Below are positions 39,919 to 51,349 of a stretch of 64,000 nt of DNA, piece by piece. Made by a program: the position numbers and the translations under genes. The DNA is from an uncultured Pelagibacteraceae bacterium. GTDB taxonomy: Bacteria > Pseudomonadota > Alphaproteobacteria > Pelagibacterales > Pelagibacteraceae. The DNA lies in assembly GCA_902623215.1 (NCBI GenBank), contig CACNSS010000003.1, forward strand, positions 51,331-115,330, in the 5' to 3' direction. Every line of letters starts with the position of its first letter. The stretch's first letter is position 1. The notes beneath the pieces are model-generated. The model was not told the origin of the DNA. It worked only from the letters and a program-made list of their open reading frames with translations, and did not search any database.

Positions 39919-42774
39919 ATGATGAAAAAGATACTTATTAAGGGGGCTAAAGAGCACAATTTAAAAAATATTTCATTAGAAATACCTAAAGACAAATTTG
40001 TAGTCATAACAGGTCTATCTGGTTCTGGAAAATCTTCATTAGCATTCGATACTGTTTATGCGGAAGGTCAAAGAAGGTACGTTGAAAGTCTATCAGCTTA
40101 TGCGCGTCAATTCTTAGACAAAATGAAAAAACCTAATGTTGATTTAATTGAGGGTTTAAGCCCTGCTATTTCGATTGAGCAAAAGAATACATCAAAAAAT
40201 CCTAGATCAACTGTTGCAACAGTCACTGAAATTTATGACTATATGAGGGTTCTCTTTGCTAGAGCGGGAATTCCTTATTCGCCATTCACTGGAAAACCAA
40301 TAGTATCTCAAACAATTACTCAAATTGTAGATAAAATTAAGGAATTGCCAAAAAAATCAACAATCTATTTATTTGCACCAGTAGTAAGAGGTCGTAAGGG
40401 CGAATACAAAAAAGAAATTTTGGGCTTTAAAAAGCGTGGATTTAGAAAAATTAAAATAGATGATAAACTTTATGATATAGACAACGTTCCAGAACTTAAT
40501 AAAAAGATAAAACACGATATATATGTTTTGGTTGATAGAATAATACTAAATTCATCTCTGGGTAACCGGTTAGCTGAGGGAATTGAAACATCAATAAATT
40601 TAGCAAATGGTTTAGTTTTTGTAGAATATGAAAATGAAACATTACCAAAAAAGTTTAGAAAATTAGAAAAATTAATCTTTTCAACAAAATTTGCTTGCCC
40701 TGAAAGTGGATTTACAATCGAGGAAATTGAACCAAGATTATTTTCTTTTAATAGTCCATTTGGTGCTTGTGAAGAGTGTGAGGGTATAGGTATAAAACTT
40801 AATGTAGACCCTAGCCTAGTTATACCGAATGAAAAGAAATCTATTATTGATGGTGCAATTGAACCATGGGCTAAAACTACAACTTTATATTATGCACAAA
40901 CACTCTCATCTTTAGCAAAACACTACAATTTTTCTCTTAATGAAAAATGGAACAGATTACCAAAAAAAATTAAAGATATAATACTTTATGGTTCTGATAA
41001 TGAAGAAATAAAATTTACTTACGATGATGGATATGAAAAATATTCACATAAAAAATCATTTGAAGGCGTAATCAATAATCTTGAGCGTCGTTATTTAGAA
41101 ACTGATAGTGATTGGAAAAGAGAAGAAATATCCCAGTATCAATCAGATACTAAATGTGAAAGATGTAATGGTCATAGACTTAAGGATGAGGCTCTTTGTG
41201 TAAAAATAGATAATTTACATATTAGCGAAGTAACTGAAAAATCAATCTTAGAGGCTTCAAAATGGTTTAAGGAACTTCAAACAAACTTAAATAAAAAACA
41301 ATTTAAAATTGCTGAACATATTTTAAAAGAGATAAATGAAAGATTAGATTTTTTATTAAATGTTGGACTTGATTACTTAACACTATCAAGGGAGTCAGGG
41401 ACATTATCAGGGGGAGAGTCTCAAAGAATAAGACTTGCTTCACAAATAGGATCGGGGTTAACAGGTGTCTTATATGTTTTAGACGAACCTTCTATAGGAC
41501 TTCATCAAAAAGATAATGTTAAATTGATTAATGCTTTAAAACGATTAAGAGATTTAGGAAATACTGTTATTGTTGTTGAACATGATACAGAGACAATGGA
41601 AAATGCTGATCATATAATTGACCTAGGTCCCGAAGCCGGTAATAATGGCGGACAAGTTGTAGCGCAAGGCACATTTAAAGAAATAGGTCAGAGCAAAGAC
41701 AGTATTACAGGAAAATATTTATCAAATAAACTCAAAATTATAGTTCCGCCAAAAAGAAGATTGGCTAAGAATGGAAGATTTTTAGAAATTACCGGTGCTA
41801 CAGGAAATAATTTAGATAACGTAAATTTAAAAATACCTTTAGGGAGTTTGACGTGTGTAACTGGTGTGTCAGGTAGTGGAAAATCTACTCTAGTTTTGCA
41901 AACACTTTATAATGCTTTGAATTTAACTTTGAATAATAATAAATCTAGAAAAATCCCCAAACCATTTAAAAATTTTAAAGGTACAGAATTAATAGATAAA
42001 GTTATTGATATTGATCAATCACCTATTGGCCGTACTCCAAGATCAAACCCAGCCACATACACTGGTGCTTTTGGACCGATAAGAGACTGGTTCACATCTC
42101 TACCTGAGTCTAAATCACGAGGTTACAAACCTGGAAGATTTTCTTTTAATGTTAAGGGTGGGAGATGTGAAGCATGTGAGGGTGACGGAGTTATTACATA
42201 TGAAATGCACTTTCTTCCTGATGTCTATATTCAATGTGATGAGTGTAAAGGCACAAGATATAATCGTGAGACTTTAGAAATAAAATTTAAAGATAAAAGT
42301 ATTGCAGATGTTTTAAATATGACTGTTGATGAGGGGTGTGAATATTTTGAAAATATTACAAATATTAAGACTAAATTGCTTACCCTAAAAAAAGTTGGGT
42401 TAGGTTATATAAAAATTGGGCAACAAGCTACCACACTTTCTGGTGGAGAAGCGCAAAGAATAAAGCTTGCAAAAGAATTATCGAAAAGATCTACAGGTCG
42501 AACAATGTATATACTAGATGAACCTACTACTGGCTTACACCAGCATGATATAAAAAAATTGTTAGAAATTCTTCATACATTTGTCGCTCTTGGAAACACT
42601 GTCGTGGTAATCGAACATAATCTTGATGTAATAAAAACTGCTGATTATATTGTTGATATGGGTCCAGAGGGTGGAGTAAAAGGAGGTAAAATTATCGCAG
42701 AGGGAAAACCTGAGGAAATTTGTAAAGTAGACAGTAGTTATACAGGAAAATTTTTAAAGCCACTTTTGAACTAG
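39919..42774 (+). CDS. uvrA: Excinuclease ABC subunit A
   Basis: Two Walker A motifs ([16 protein letters not shown]), LSGGE twice, Zn fingers. Confidence 0.98.
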   Translation: MMKKILIKGAKEHNLKNISLEIPKDKFVVITGLSGSGKSSLAFDTVYAEGQRRYVESLSAYARQFLDKMKKPNVDLIEGLSPAISIEQKNTSKNPRSTVATVTEIYDYMRVLFARAGIPYSPFTGKPIVSQTITQIVDKIKELPKKSTIYLFAPVVRGRKGEYKKEILGFKKRGFRKIKIDDKLYDIDNVPELNKKIKHDIYVLVDRIILNSSLGNRLAEGIETSINLANGLVFVEYENETLPKKFRKLEKLIFSTKFACPESGFTIEEIEPRLFSFNSPFGACEECEGIGIKLNVDPSLVIPNEKKSIIDGAIEPWAKTTTLYYAQTLSSLAKHYNFSLNEKWNRLPKKIKDIILYGSDNEEIKFTYDDGYEKYSHKKSFEGVINNLERRYLETDSDWKREEISQYQSDTKCERCNGHRLKDEALCVKIDNLHISEVTEKSILEASKWFKELQTNLNKKQFKIAEHILKEINERLDFLLNVGLDYLTLSRESGTLSGGESQRIRLASQIGSGLTGVLYVLDEPSIGLHQKDNVKLINALKRLRDLGNTVIVVEHDTETMENADHIIDLGPEAGNNGGQVVAQGTFKEIGQSKDSITGKYLSNKLKIIVPPKRRLAKNGRFLEITGATGNNLDNVNLKIPLGSLTCVTGVSGSGKSTLVLQTLYNALNLTLNNNKSRKIPKPFKNFKGTELIDKVIDIDQSPIGRTPRSNPATYTGAFGPIRDWFTSLPESKSRGYKPGRFSFNVKGGRCEACEGDGVITYEMHFLPDVYIQCDECKGTRYNRETLEIKFKDKSIADVLNMTVDEGCEYFENITNIKTKLLTLKKVGLGYIKIGQQATTLSGGEAQRIKLAKELSKRSTGRTMYILDEPTTGLHQHDIKKLLEILHTFVALGNTVVVIEHNLDVIKTADYIVDMGPEGGVKGGKIIAEGKPEEICKVDSSYTGKFLKPLLN

Positions 42775-42821
42775 AAAAAATATTGGTAAATTTCAATTGA
42801 ATTTGATATAAGTCACCTATT

Positions 42822-43424
42822 GTGATTAATTTACTATCATCATTATCTAAAACGGTTCATACATCAATTGCCATAGCTTTGATTTTGTTTCTAGGTTTAT
42901 TTTACCATAATGGTGGATTTAGCTTTGATACTCTTTTTTGGAGTTGGATTGCTCGGTATACACATGTTTTAGTTGGCATTATGTGGATTGGTTTATTATG
43001 GTATTTTAACTTTGTTCAAATTCCTAATATGGCAAAAATACCAGATGAACAGAAGCCAGCTATTGGAAAAGTTATTGCTCCCGCAGCATTATTTTACTTC
43101 AGATGGGCCGCTGCATTTACTGTAATCTCTGGATTAATCTTAGCAGGACTTAATGGGTACTTACATGATGCCATGACTTTAAGTATTGGATCAGGTGTTC
43201 CAAAACATACAGCTATAGGTATTGGTATGTGGCTTGGTTTAATAATGGCATTTAATGTTTGGTTTGTTATCTGGCCAAATCAAAAAAGAGCTTTAGGTAT
43301 TGTTGATGCTGATCCAGACTTGAAAGCTAAATCAGCTAAGACTGCAATGTTGTTTTCTAGAACAAACACTTTATTGTCTATACCAATGTTGCTAACGATG
43401 GTTATAGCACAAAATTTATATTAA
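42822..43424 (+). CDS. Membrane protein resembling the urate-oxidase N-terminal (PuuD-like) family
   Basis: R..HV..GIMWIGLLWYFN, FRWAA, IMAFNVWFVIWPNQKR, SRTNT.LS.P; no cytochrome c domain. Confidence 0.7.
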   Translation: MINLLSSLSKTVHTSIAIALILFLGLFYHNGGFSFDTLFWSWIARYTHVLVGIMWIGLLWYFNFVQIPNMAKIPDEQKPAIGKVIAPAALFYFRWAAAFTVISGLILAGLNGYLHDAMTLSIGSGVPKHTAIGIGMWLGLIMAFNVWFVIWPNQKRALGIVDADPDLKAKSAKTAMLFSRTNTLLSIPMLLTMVIAQNLY

Positions 43425-44311
43425 TTTTTTTCCTCATCTTTTAGAATAGTTTTTTGAGTAACATTTAACCTCACAAGGATAGTATTTGCTATATAAATTG
43501 AAGAATATGTTCCAAAAATAACACCAAAAATCATTGCTAGTGAGAAACCTTTTAAAATTTCTCCACCAAAAATAAAAATTGAGACTAATGCTAAAAGTGT
43601 GGTTATTGATGTAATCAAAGTTCTTGATAAAGTTTCATTGATTGAAATGTTGGTTAATTCAAATATCTTTATATCAGCATATTTTCTTAAATTTTCACGA
43701 ACACGATCAAAAATAACCACAGTATCATTCATAGAATAACCAACTATAGTTAAAACAGCGGCTATTATTGATAAATTAATTTCCAAACCTAATAACGAAA
43801 ACAGACCCAACGTAACAATTACATCATGAAATAATGCACAAATAGCACCAAGACTAAATTGCCATTCAAATCTTATCCAAATATATATTAGCATTAAAGC
43901 TAAAGCCACTGAAATGGCAATAATACCAGACTTTAATAATTCAGCACTAACCTTTGGGCCAACATTTTCTACTCTTCTAAAATCTATATTATTTCCAAAT
44001 GAACCAATTAAATCTTTTTTAATTTCTTCGATTATACCTTTCTTGCTGTCTTTGTTCTCAAATTTTATTAAATAATCAGTATCATTGCCGAATTTTTTTA
44101 CAGAAATATCACCTAAGTTCATTTGATTAAACTTATCTCTTAAAGTAGATACATTTACTTTTGAGTCTGATGACCTAAGTTCAATTAAAGTACCACCTTT
44201 AAAATCAATCCCGAAATTTAAACCTTTGAATATCAAAAATAATAATGAAATGACTACCAATGAAACTGATAGAATATTAAATTGATTATAATATCTGTTA
44301 AAAGCTATCAT
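43421..44311 (-). CDS. secF: Protein translocase subunit SecF
   Basis: GIDFKGGT, VGPKV..EL, HDV, GYS.NDTVV.FDRVREN. Confidence 0.97.
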   Translation of the reverse strand: MIAFNRYYNQFNILSVSLVVISLLFLIFKGLNFGIDFKGGTLIELRSSDSKVNVSTLRDKFNQMNLGDISVKKFGNDTDYLIKFENKDSKKGIIEEIKKDLIGSFGNNIDFRRVENVGPKVSAELLKSGIIAISVALALMLIYIWIRFEWQFSLGAICALFHDVIVTLGLFSLLGLEINLSIIAAVLTIVGYSMNDTVVIFDRVRENLRKYADIKIFELTNISINETLSRTLITSITTLLALVSIFIFGGEILKGFSLAMIFGVIFGTYSSIYIANTILVRLNVTQKTILKDEEKN

Positions 44312-45865
44312 TTATATCGCCATTTCTTTTTCTTTATTTTTTGAAATATATAAAAAAGTTAAAAGTCTCGCGATGAAATATACAGAAAAAAGAGTAGTGA
44401 AAATACCAACACCTAAAGTTATAGAAAATCCTTTAATTGGGCCTGAGCCCATAAAAAATAATATAATTGCTGCTAACAAAGTAGTAATATTTGCATCAAG
44501 AATTGCAGTTTTTGATTTAGTGTATCCACTGTCAAATGCTATTAGATTATTTTTTTCATTTTTAAGTTCTTCTTTTATTCGTTCAAAGATTAATACATTC
44601 GCATCTACAGCCATTCCTACAGTTAAAATTATACCTGCTATACCTGGTAATGTTAAAGTTGCTTCAAATAATGTAAGAACACCCACTAAAAGAAGTAAGT
44701 TAATAACTAAAGCTATATTGGTAATTATTCCAAAAATTTTATATTTAACAATTATGAAGACAATAACTAAAACAAAACCTATTATTAGAGCTATTATACC
44801 AGCATCAATAGAGTCCTGACCTAAATCAGGACCTACAGTTCTTTCTTCTATAATGTTTAAAGGAGCTGGTAATGCTCCAGATCTTAATAATAAAGCTAGA
44901 TCAGTGGCAGATTGAAATGTAAATCCTCCACTTATTTGTCCTGAACCACTTGCAATTGTATCTCTAATTACTGGAGCGCTAATAATTTTTCCATCTAAAA
45001 TGATTGCTAGTTGTCTTCCTATGCCTGTAGAGGTAGCCTTGCCAAATCTTTTTGCACCTACTCTATCTAAAGTGAATGTTACAACTGTTTCATTTGACTC
45101 ACTGTCCATTCTTGGCTGTGCATCAAGTAAATTATCACCACTAAGTATTATTCTTTTACTTACGAATTCTGATCCTTCCTCATCTTCATAATTCAATTGC
45201 TCATTACCAAAAGTGTCTTCATCATTATTAGAAACAAACCTAAAAGTTAAATTTGCAGTTTTACCAAGTAGTGATTTAATTCTCATAGGGTCGTCAAGCC
45301 CTGGTAGCTCAACTAATACCCTATCATTACCTCTTTTAAGAATATTTGGTTCATTTGTTCCAATTTCATCTATCCTTCTTCTTACTATTTCAAGAGCTTG
45401 TTCTTGAGAAGATGTTTTAAGTTTTACTAATCCTTGTTTTGAAAAGTTTACTACAAGAGAACTATCTATCTCATTAATTTCTAACTGATGAGATTTAAAT
45501 CTTGGGTAGTAAGGATTGATCTCACTCTTTTCATCATTAAATATCTCGAATACTTTCTGTTTATCATTTTCATTAACATTAAAAAAAATTTTATCTTCTT
45601 GAAGTTTAAAGTTGACCAACTTTATATTCTTTCCCTTAAAATAACTTCTTAAAGTAATTGTTAAATTTTGAAGTTTTTGATTAATAACTGGCTTATTATC
45701 AATTTCTAATAAAAGATATGAACCACCTTGAAGATCTAAACCAAGATTAATATTTTTTTTTAAAAGAATATTTTCAAACTTAAATAAATTTGATGATGCA
45801 ATTAATATAAAAAATAATGATATTAACGTTATGAAAGTAATCTTTAATTTAGAGAAATATAACAC
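44312..45865 (-). CDS. secD: Protein translocase subunit SecD
   Basis: LGLDLQGG, LRSGALPA, VGP.LG, GMAVDANVLI.ERI. Confidence 0.97.
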   Translation of the reverse strand: MLYFSKLKITFITLISLFFILIASSNLFKFENILLKKNINLGLDLQGGSYLLLEIDNKPVINQKLQNLTITLRSYFKGKNIKLVNFKLQEDKIFFNVNENDKQKVFEIFNDEKSEINPYYPRFKSHQLEINEIDSSLVVNFSKQGLVKLKTSSQEQALEIVRRRIDEIGTNEPNILKRGNDRVLVELPGLDDPMRIKSLLGKTANLTFRFVSNNDEDTFGNEQLNYEDEEGSEFVSKRIILSGDNLLDAQPRMDSESNETVVTFTLDRVGAKRFGKATSTGIGRQLAIILDGKIISAPVIRDTIASGSGQISGGFTFQSATDLALLLRSGALPAPLNIIEERTVGPDLGQDSIDAGIIALIIGFVLVIVFIIVKYKIFGIITNIALVINLLLLVGVLTLFEATLTLPGIAGIILTVGMAVDANVLIFERIKEELKNEKNNLIAFDSGYTKSKTAILDANITTLLAAIILFFMGSGPIKGFSITLGVGIFTTLFSVYFIARLLTFLYISKNKEKEMAI

Positions 45866-45880
45866 TTTATAAAATTAGAT

Positions 45881-46168
45881 CTATTTCTTTGTATCTTGTG
45901 AATTCATTAAACTTTGAATTCCCGTGCCTCTAATTACTTCTACTGTTACATTTTCAGCAATTTCCACTTCTACTTTGTCATTATCCACTACCCTGGTAAT
46001 AATCCCAGTTATACCTCCTGATGTAACTACTTTGTCTCCTTTTTTTAAATTTTCAACCATAGTCCTGTGTTCTTTTACTTTCTTTTGTTGTGGTCTAATA
46101 AGGAAAAAATAAAATATAACAAAAATTAATATCAACGGTATAAACTGACCAAATCCTGAACTATCCAT
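45881..46168 (-). CDS. yajC: Preprotein translocase subunit YajC
   Basis: FYFFLIRPQQK, L.KGDKVVT.GGI.G. Confidence 0.96.
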   Translation of the reverse strand: MDSSGFGQFIPLILIFVIFYFFLIRPQQKKVKEHRTMVENLKKGDKVVTSGGITGIITRVVDNDKVEVEIAENVTVEVIRGTGIQSLMNSQDTKK

Positions 46169-46221
46169 AAAACTCCTAATTTAAAATGAATATTTATACT
46201 ATCTAAAGAATTAAAACAACT

Positions 46222-47481
46222 TTATTTGGATGAAATTTTTTCTAAATTATTCATATAAGAACGTAACACTTTTGGGATTAGAATAGAGCCATCTTTTTGT
46301 TGATAGTTTTCTAAAATTGCGATCAAAGTTCTTCCTATTGCTAGACCACTACCATTTAACGTACCGAGATGCTTTGTATCTTTGCTTTGAGTTTTATACC
46401 TTGCTTTCATTCTGCTCGCTTGGAATGTTGAACACGAGGAACAAGAGGATATTTCACGGTATCTGTTTTCTGATGGTAACCATACTTCTAAATCATAAGT
46501 TTTTTCTGCACTAAATCCCATATCACCGCTACAAAGTATAACTTTTCGATAAGGTAATTCAAGAAGATCTAAAATATTAGTCGCACAATTAGTCATTCTT
46601 TCAAGTTCGTCTAGACAATTTTCTTGCTCTACAATACTAACAAGTTCAACTTTATAAAATTGGTGTTGTCTTATCATCCCTTTGGTATCTTTACCGTAAC
46701 TACCTGCCTCTTTTCTAAAACAAGGCGTTGAGGCAACAAATCTCATTGGTAAATCTTTTTGATTTATAATCTTATCTTTAACAATGTTTGTTAAAATTAC
46801 CTCAGCTGTTGGTATAAGAAATTTTCTTTCATTTCCCTCCTCAATTTTAACTTCAAATTGATCATTTTCGAATTTAGGTAATTGTCCTGTACCATACATA
46901 GTGCTTTCGGAAGCTAATAATGGTGGTGATATTTCACTGTAACCATTTTTGTTTATATGAGTATCTAACATGAAATTTGATAATGCTCTCTCCAATAGAG
47001 CAAGTTTGTCTCTTACAAAAACAAATCTTGATCCGGTAGTCTTAGTTGCTAATTCAAAATCAAGCATGCCGAGATCTTCACCTAATTCATAATGACTTTT
47101 AACTTTAAAATCAAAATTTGGTATTGTTCCAGATTTCATGACTTCAATATTATCATTTTCATCCTTACCAGTTGGAACATCTTTGTGTGGAATATTCGGA
47201 ATATTTGATAAAATACTATCTAATTCTATCTTAATTTTTTTTTGTTCTTCTGTAATCTCATCAATCTCTTGAGATAATTTTTTAGATTTTTCAAACAATG
47301 ATTTATCTTTAGATTTGGATATTTCTTTTTTTTCTTGCTCTAAAGATTCTTTTTTTTGAATTAATTCTCTATTTTTTTTGTCTAATTTTTCTAAATTTGA
47401 AACATTTATTTCAATAGATCTTTTTTCTAAAGACTTTTTAAAATTATTAAAATCTTTTCTAATCTCTTTAAGATTGTGCAT
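46222..47481 (-). CDS. serS: Serine--tRNA ligase
   Basis: GTGQLPKF, PTAEV, FRKEAGS.GKD, QHQF.KVE, EISSCS, TLNGSG. Confidence 0.98.
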   Translation of the reverse strand: MHNLKEIRKDFNNFKKSLEKRSIEINVSNLEKLDKKNRELIQKKESLEQEKKEISKSKDKSLFEKSKKLSQEIDEITEEQKKIKIELDSILSNIPNIPHKDVPTGKDENDNIEVMKSGTIPNFDFKVKSHYELGEDLGMLDFELATKTTGSRFVFVRDKLALLERALSNFMLDTHINKNGYSEISPPLLASESTMYGTGQLPKFENDQFEVKIEEGNERKFLIPTAEVILTNIVKDKIINQKDLPMRFVASTPCFRKEAGSYGKDTKGMIRQHQFYKVELVSIVEQENCLDELERMTNCATNILDLLELPYRKVILCSGDMGFSAEKTYDLEVWLPSENRYREISSCSSCSTFQASRMKARYKTQSKDTKHLGTLNGSGLAIGRTLIAILENYQQKDGSILIPKVLRSYMNNLEKISSK

Positions 47482-48244
47482 CAGATTTTTCTAAATTTTT
47501 ATTTTCAATAAACCTTACTGAAAAAATTGATAATTCATATAAAATTAGTAAAGGTATTGCTAACCCAATTTGAGTTATTGGATCAGGTGGTGTTAGTAAT
47601 GCGGCGGCTGCAAATATAATTACAACAACATATTTTCTTCTTTTTTTTAAAAAATCTGAGTCAACTAATCCCACTCTTGCTAACAAACTTAAAACAACTG
47701 GAAGCTGAAAACTTATTCCAAATGCAAAAATTAATTTCATAACTAAAGATAAATACTCGTTCACTTTAGCCTCTAATTGGATTGGTAAATTGGTAGAAAT
47801 ACCTGAGCTTTCAAATGAAAGAAAAAATTTAATCGCTAAAGGCATTATCAGATAATAGACAAGTAATCCTCCTAAAAAAAATAATACAGGTGTTAAAACT
47901 AAATAAGGTAAAATCGCAATTTTTTCATGCTTATAAAGTCCTGGCGCAATAAATTTCCATATTTGCATTAAAATATATGGACAAGTCACAAAAAAAGCAG
48001 TGAAAAAAGAAACTTTAAGATAAGTTAAAAAAGTCTCTTGAAGAGCAGTAAATATCAATCTTCTATTTGTCTCATCGTCTTTGACTGCTTTAGCATACGG
48101 TTCAACTAAAAAACCATATATATGTTCAGCAAAAAAATAACATCCTACAAAAAAAATAATTAGAAATATGAAACTATGTATTAACCTTTTTCTTAATTCG
48201 GCTAAATGACTAATAAAACCTGTGTCTTTATCATCGTTAGTCAT
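47468..48244 (-). CDS. tatC: Tat translocase TatC
   Basis: HL.ELR.R, Q.W.FIAPGLY..E, FQLP, TPPD. Confidence 0.97.
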   Translation of the reverse strand: MTNDDKDTGFISHLAELRKRLIHSFIFLIIFFVGCYFFAEHIYGFLVEPYAKAVKDDETNRRLIFTALQETFLTYLKVSFFTAFFVTCPYILMQIWKFIAPGLYKHEKIAILPYLVLTPVLFFLGGLLVYYLIMPLAIKFFLSFESSGISTNLPIQLEAKVNEYLSLVMKLIFAFGISFQLPVVLSLLARVGLVDSDFLKKRRKYVVVIIFAAAALLTPPDPITQIGLAIPLLILYELSIFSVRFIENKNLEKSDAQS

Positions 48245-48449
48245 TTTTCTTATCTTCTTTATTTTCTTTCATTTCATTTTCATCAATATCAATGTTGGAG
48301 ACCTCATTTTGAATATTATTGACATACCTTTTAGCAGTACCAATCCAAGAACCAACTTTTTTAAGCATTACCGGGAAATCTTTTGGACCCAAGACAATTA
48401 TAGCAATACCTACGACAATTAAAATTTCAAACCAACCAATTGTAGGCAT
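48237..48449 (-). CDS. tatB: Tat translocase TatB
   Basis: IGWFE...IIVLGPKD.P. Confidence 0.9.
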   Translation of the reverse strand: MPTIGWFEILIVVGIAIIVLGPKDFPVMLKKVGSWIGTAKRYVNNIQNEVSNIDIDENEMKENKEDKKND

Positions 48450-48454
48450 GTGGT

Positions 48455-48664
48455 TTATTCTTTGTTGTTAGATTTATTATTGTCCTGATTATCGTCAGAA
48501 ATATTTTTAGGTTCTGACTCATCTGTTACGTCAGATGCCATACCCTTTTTGAAACTTTTAATACCCTTGGCTACATCGCCCATCAAACTAGATATTTTCC
48601 CACGACCAAATAGTAAAACAACTAATATAACTACTATAGCTATTTGCCAAATTCCTATACTCAT
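48455..48664 (-). CDS. tatA: Tat translocase TatA
   Basis: [24 protein letters not shown]. Confidence 0.95.
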   Translation of the reverse strand: MSIGIWQIAIVVILVVLLFGRGKISSLMGDVAKGIKSFKKGMASDVTDESEPKNISDDNQDNNKSNNKE

Positions 48665-48706
48665 GAGTAACTTATAACCTTTTTATTAAAAATTTAAAGT
48701 AGCAAA

Positions 48707-49402
48707 TTACTTTTGCTCATCCTTATCAAGAGTGCTACTCAACATTTCATCAATATTTGAGTAAATGTCCTCTTTTTTTTCTTCTTGTTTTTCCTTGTAA
48801 AATTTTCCTGTACCAAATATTGCATTATCTATATTAGCGCTATCAATTAAACCTGCGGCTCCTAACTCATCAACAGTAGGTAAATCAGATAATTTTTGCA
48901 GGTTAAAATGACTAAGAAAATTATCAGTCGTAACGTATTGAATTGGTTTTCCAGGTACATCTTTTCTTCCACCAGGCTTAACCCAGTCTAATTCCATCAA
49001 TATCTCAACAGTATTTGTTCCAAAAGCTACACCTCTAATTTCCTCAATTTCTGCTCGGGTTACAGGTTGATGGTAAACAATAATTGATAAAGTCTCGATT
49101 GCAGCCCTAGATAATTTTTTTTCAACAGTCTTTTCTTGTATCATCAAACTTGACAATTTAGCAGACGTTCGAAAAGACCATTTATTAGATATACAAACTA
49201 AATTTATTCCTCGATCTTTATATTCATTTTGTAATTTTTGTAGAATTTTTTCTACATCTGATTTTTTAGAAATTTTACTTTCAATAGTACTAATATCTAA
49301 AGGTTCGGCTGCAGCAAAAATTATTGCTTCAATTTCTTTTTCGACATTTGATAACTTTGAGGGAAAATCAATTATATTATTTTTTTTCTTCTTTTTAATC
49401 AT
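48707..49402 (-). CDS. scpB: SMC-Scp subunit ScpB
   Basis: EAIIFAA.EP, LSRAA.ETL.II.YHQPVTRAEIE.IRGV. Confidence 0.95.
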   Translation of the reverse strand: MIKKKKKNNIIDFPSKLSNVEKEIEAIIFAAAEPLDISTIESKISKKSDVEKILQKLQNEYKDRGINLVCISNKWSFRTSAKLSSLMIQEKTVEKKLSRAAIETLSIIVYHQPVTRAEIEEIRGVAFGTNTVEILMELDWVKPGGRKDVPGKPIQYVTTDNFLSHFNLQKLSDLPTVDELGAAGLIDSANIDNAIFGTGKFYKEKQEEKKEDIYSNIDEMLSSTLDKDEQK

Positions 49403-50139
49403 TTGTTCTCTTTTATATAAATCTCTTCAAAAAGATCATCTTGTTTTATTCTTAAATTTCCCTCTTTAACTAATTCTAATGAACCAGCAAAAATTCCAGC
49501 CGTTCCAGTGCTTTTAAACTTTTTTTCATTTTTAAAATTTTTTGGTATCAAATCATCTAATTTCTTCCAATCTAAAAGCTTACCAAAAAAATCTCTGATG
49601 GTTTTTATACCGTCTTCAGTTGTAAAAACTGGAAGTCTTGGGATATTAATTTTTTGAAAATCCTTAGTCATTAAAATAGAGGAGTACGTTTTTAAAAGGT
49701 CAAATAAACTGATATTATATTCACTATTATAAATTGGTCTTATTCCAGCCTTCATGCCTCTTGTTCTGATCTCTTTTCCAAGACGTTTACGCTTAAGCAT
49801 TTGATCTGACAATAATCTTATTAATTCTAATTTTTTAAGTTGTAATTTTAATTTTTCAGCAACTTCTTGAAGTTTGAACTCTTCCTCCGGAGAGCTTGGT
49901 AATAATAATTTTGATTTTAGGTAAGCTAGCCATGTTGCCATTAACAAATATTCAGAAGCTGTCTCTAAATTTAAATTAGTTTCATTTTTAATATAATCAT
50001 TAAATTGATCTGCTAATTTAGTTATTGATATTTTTTCTAAATTTACTTTTTGAGCTTTTGCAAGATCTAATAAAACATCTAGTGGACCATTATAATTTTC
50101 AATTTGAACGTTAAAAAATTCAGAATCGTTGAAAGACAT
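49399..50139 (-). CDS. scpA: Segregation/condensation protein ScpA
   Basis: GPLD.LL.LA..QK, EYLLMA.WLAYLKS.LLLP. Confidence 0.95.
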   Translation of the reverse strand: MSFNDSEFFNVQIENYNGPLDVLLDLAKAQKVNLEKISITKLADQFNDYIKNETNLNLETASEYLLMATWLAYLKSKLLLPSSPEEEFKLQEVAEKLKLQLKKLELIRLLSDQMLKRKRLGKEIRTRGMKAGIRPIYNSEYNISLFDLLKTYSSILMTKDFQKINIPRLPVFTTEDGIKTIRDFFGKLLDWKKLDDLIPKNFKNEKKFKSTGTAGIFAGSLELVKEGNLRIKQDDLFEEIYIKENK

Positions 50140-50148
50140 ATGCCAATA

Positions 50149-51096
50149 TTATCTTAAAATATTGTAAAATTGTGATGTTTTTTTTATTATAAATTTACTT
50201 ATTAAAGGTGAGTTTTTACCAACAATTTCCATTTCTTTTAATTTACCATTGCAATGTAACGCTAAATTACAACCAGCTTTAAAAGTATCAATTGTATTTA
50301 TTTTGAGACCCTTTTTAAGGCTCTTCATAGATAAATCATCAGAAATTAGGAGATTTTTAAAACCTATTTTTTTTCTAATAATATTTATCATTTTTCTAGA
50401 ATGAGTGACTGTATTGTCTTTATCAATTTGATTAAAAATCAAATGACCAGTCATTGCAAAAAAAGAATTTTTATTTTTAAAAGCTTTAAAATCATTTTTT
50501 AAAAGATATTGAAGTGATTTATTAATATATGGAGTAGAAAAATGGCTATCAACTTTAGCAAGACCATGCCCAGGTATGTGCTTTATAATAGTGCCAATAG
50601 AGTTTTCTTTATAAGTTTGAATGCATATATCACCAATTTTAGAGACAATATTAGGATCTCTTGAAAAGGATCTGTCTCCAATTAGTTTACTGGAACCACT
50701 AATTTTAAGATCTAACACTGGAACAGAATTGATGTTTATTCCTAGTTCTTTTAATAAATATGATGTTTTATCTAAAAAAATTTTAAAATAGATATCAAAA
50801 TCTTTTTTATTTTTAACATATTTTTTTCCAAAAAAGTCAGAGGTCAAATTCTTAAAAGAGATGATATTTTCTAATCTGCTTACACGTCCACCCTCTTGAT
50901 CAATCATTATAGGATATTTCTTGTCATCGAAAATATTTCTTATTTTTGAAGTTAGTTTTTTAGTTTGTTTTAAATTCTTGATATTTCTAGTAAATAAAAT
51001 AATCCCCCATGGTTTGTATTTTTTTAAAAAAAGTTGTTCCTTTGAACTAATTTCAGTCGATTTAAGACCAACTATAAATGCTCTGCGATTATTCAT
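50149..51096 (-). CDS. nagZ: Beta-N-acetylhexosaminidase (GH3)
   Basis: DQEGGRV.R, KHIPGHG...DSH, SDDLSM. Confidence 0.93.
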   Translation of the reverse strand: MNNRRAFIVGLKSTEISSKEQLFLKKYKPWGIILFTRNIKNLKQTKKLTSKIRNIFDDKKYPIMIDQEGGRVSRLENIISFKNLTSDFFGKKYVKNKKDFDIYFKIFLDKTSYLLKELGININSVPVLDLKISGSSKLIGDRSFSRDPNIVSKIGDICIQTYKENSIGTIIKHIPGHGLAKVDSHFSTPYINKSLQYLLKNDFKAFKNKNSFFAMTGHLIFNQIDKDNTVTHSRKMINIIRKKIGFKNLLISDDLSMKSLKKGLKINTIDTFKAGCNLALHCNGKLKEMEIVGKNSPLISKFIIKKTSQFYNILR

Positions 51097-51349
51097 TACT
51101 TTCTAACAATTTCCAAAAATTATATTTTTTTTTATTGGATTTGGTCTCTTCAACGTATTCAATTATATTTTGAGTATCGCTTTTTAAAACTGGTAATTTT
51201 TTTACATAATTATTTATTTTTGTATCGATATTGTTCAATGATCTATATGATTTTTTTTTATTTTCATCAGAAAAATAATATCGAATAGTAAAAAATAAGA
51301 ACAAAGAAATTAAGATAATAAATACTAAATACTTAATTTCTTTAATCAT
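51089..51349 (-). CDS. Small hypothetical membrane-anchored protein
   Basis: N-terminal TM helix; overlaps both argS and nagZ. Confidence 0.7.
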   Translation of the reverse strand: MIKEIKYLVFIILISLFLFFTIRYYFSDENKKKSYRSLNNIDTKINNYVKKLPVLKSDTQNIIEYVEETKSNKKKYNFWKLLESNE

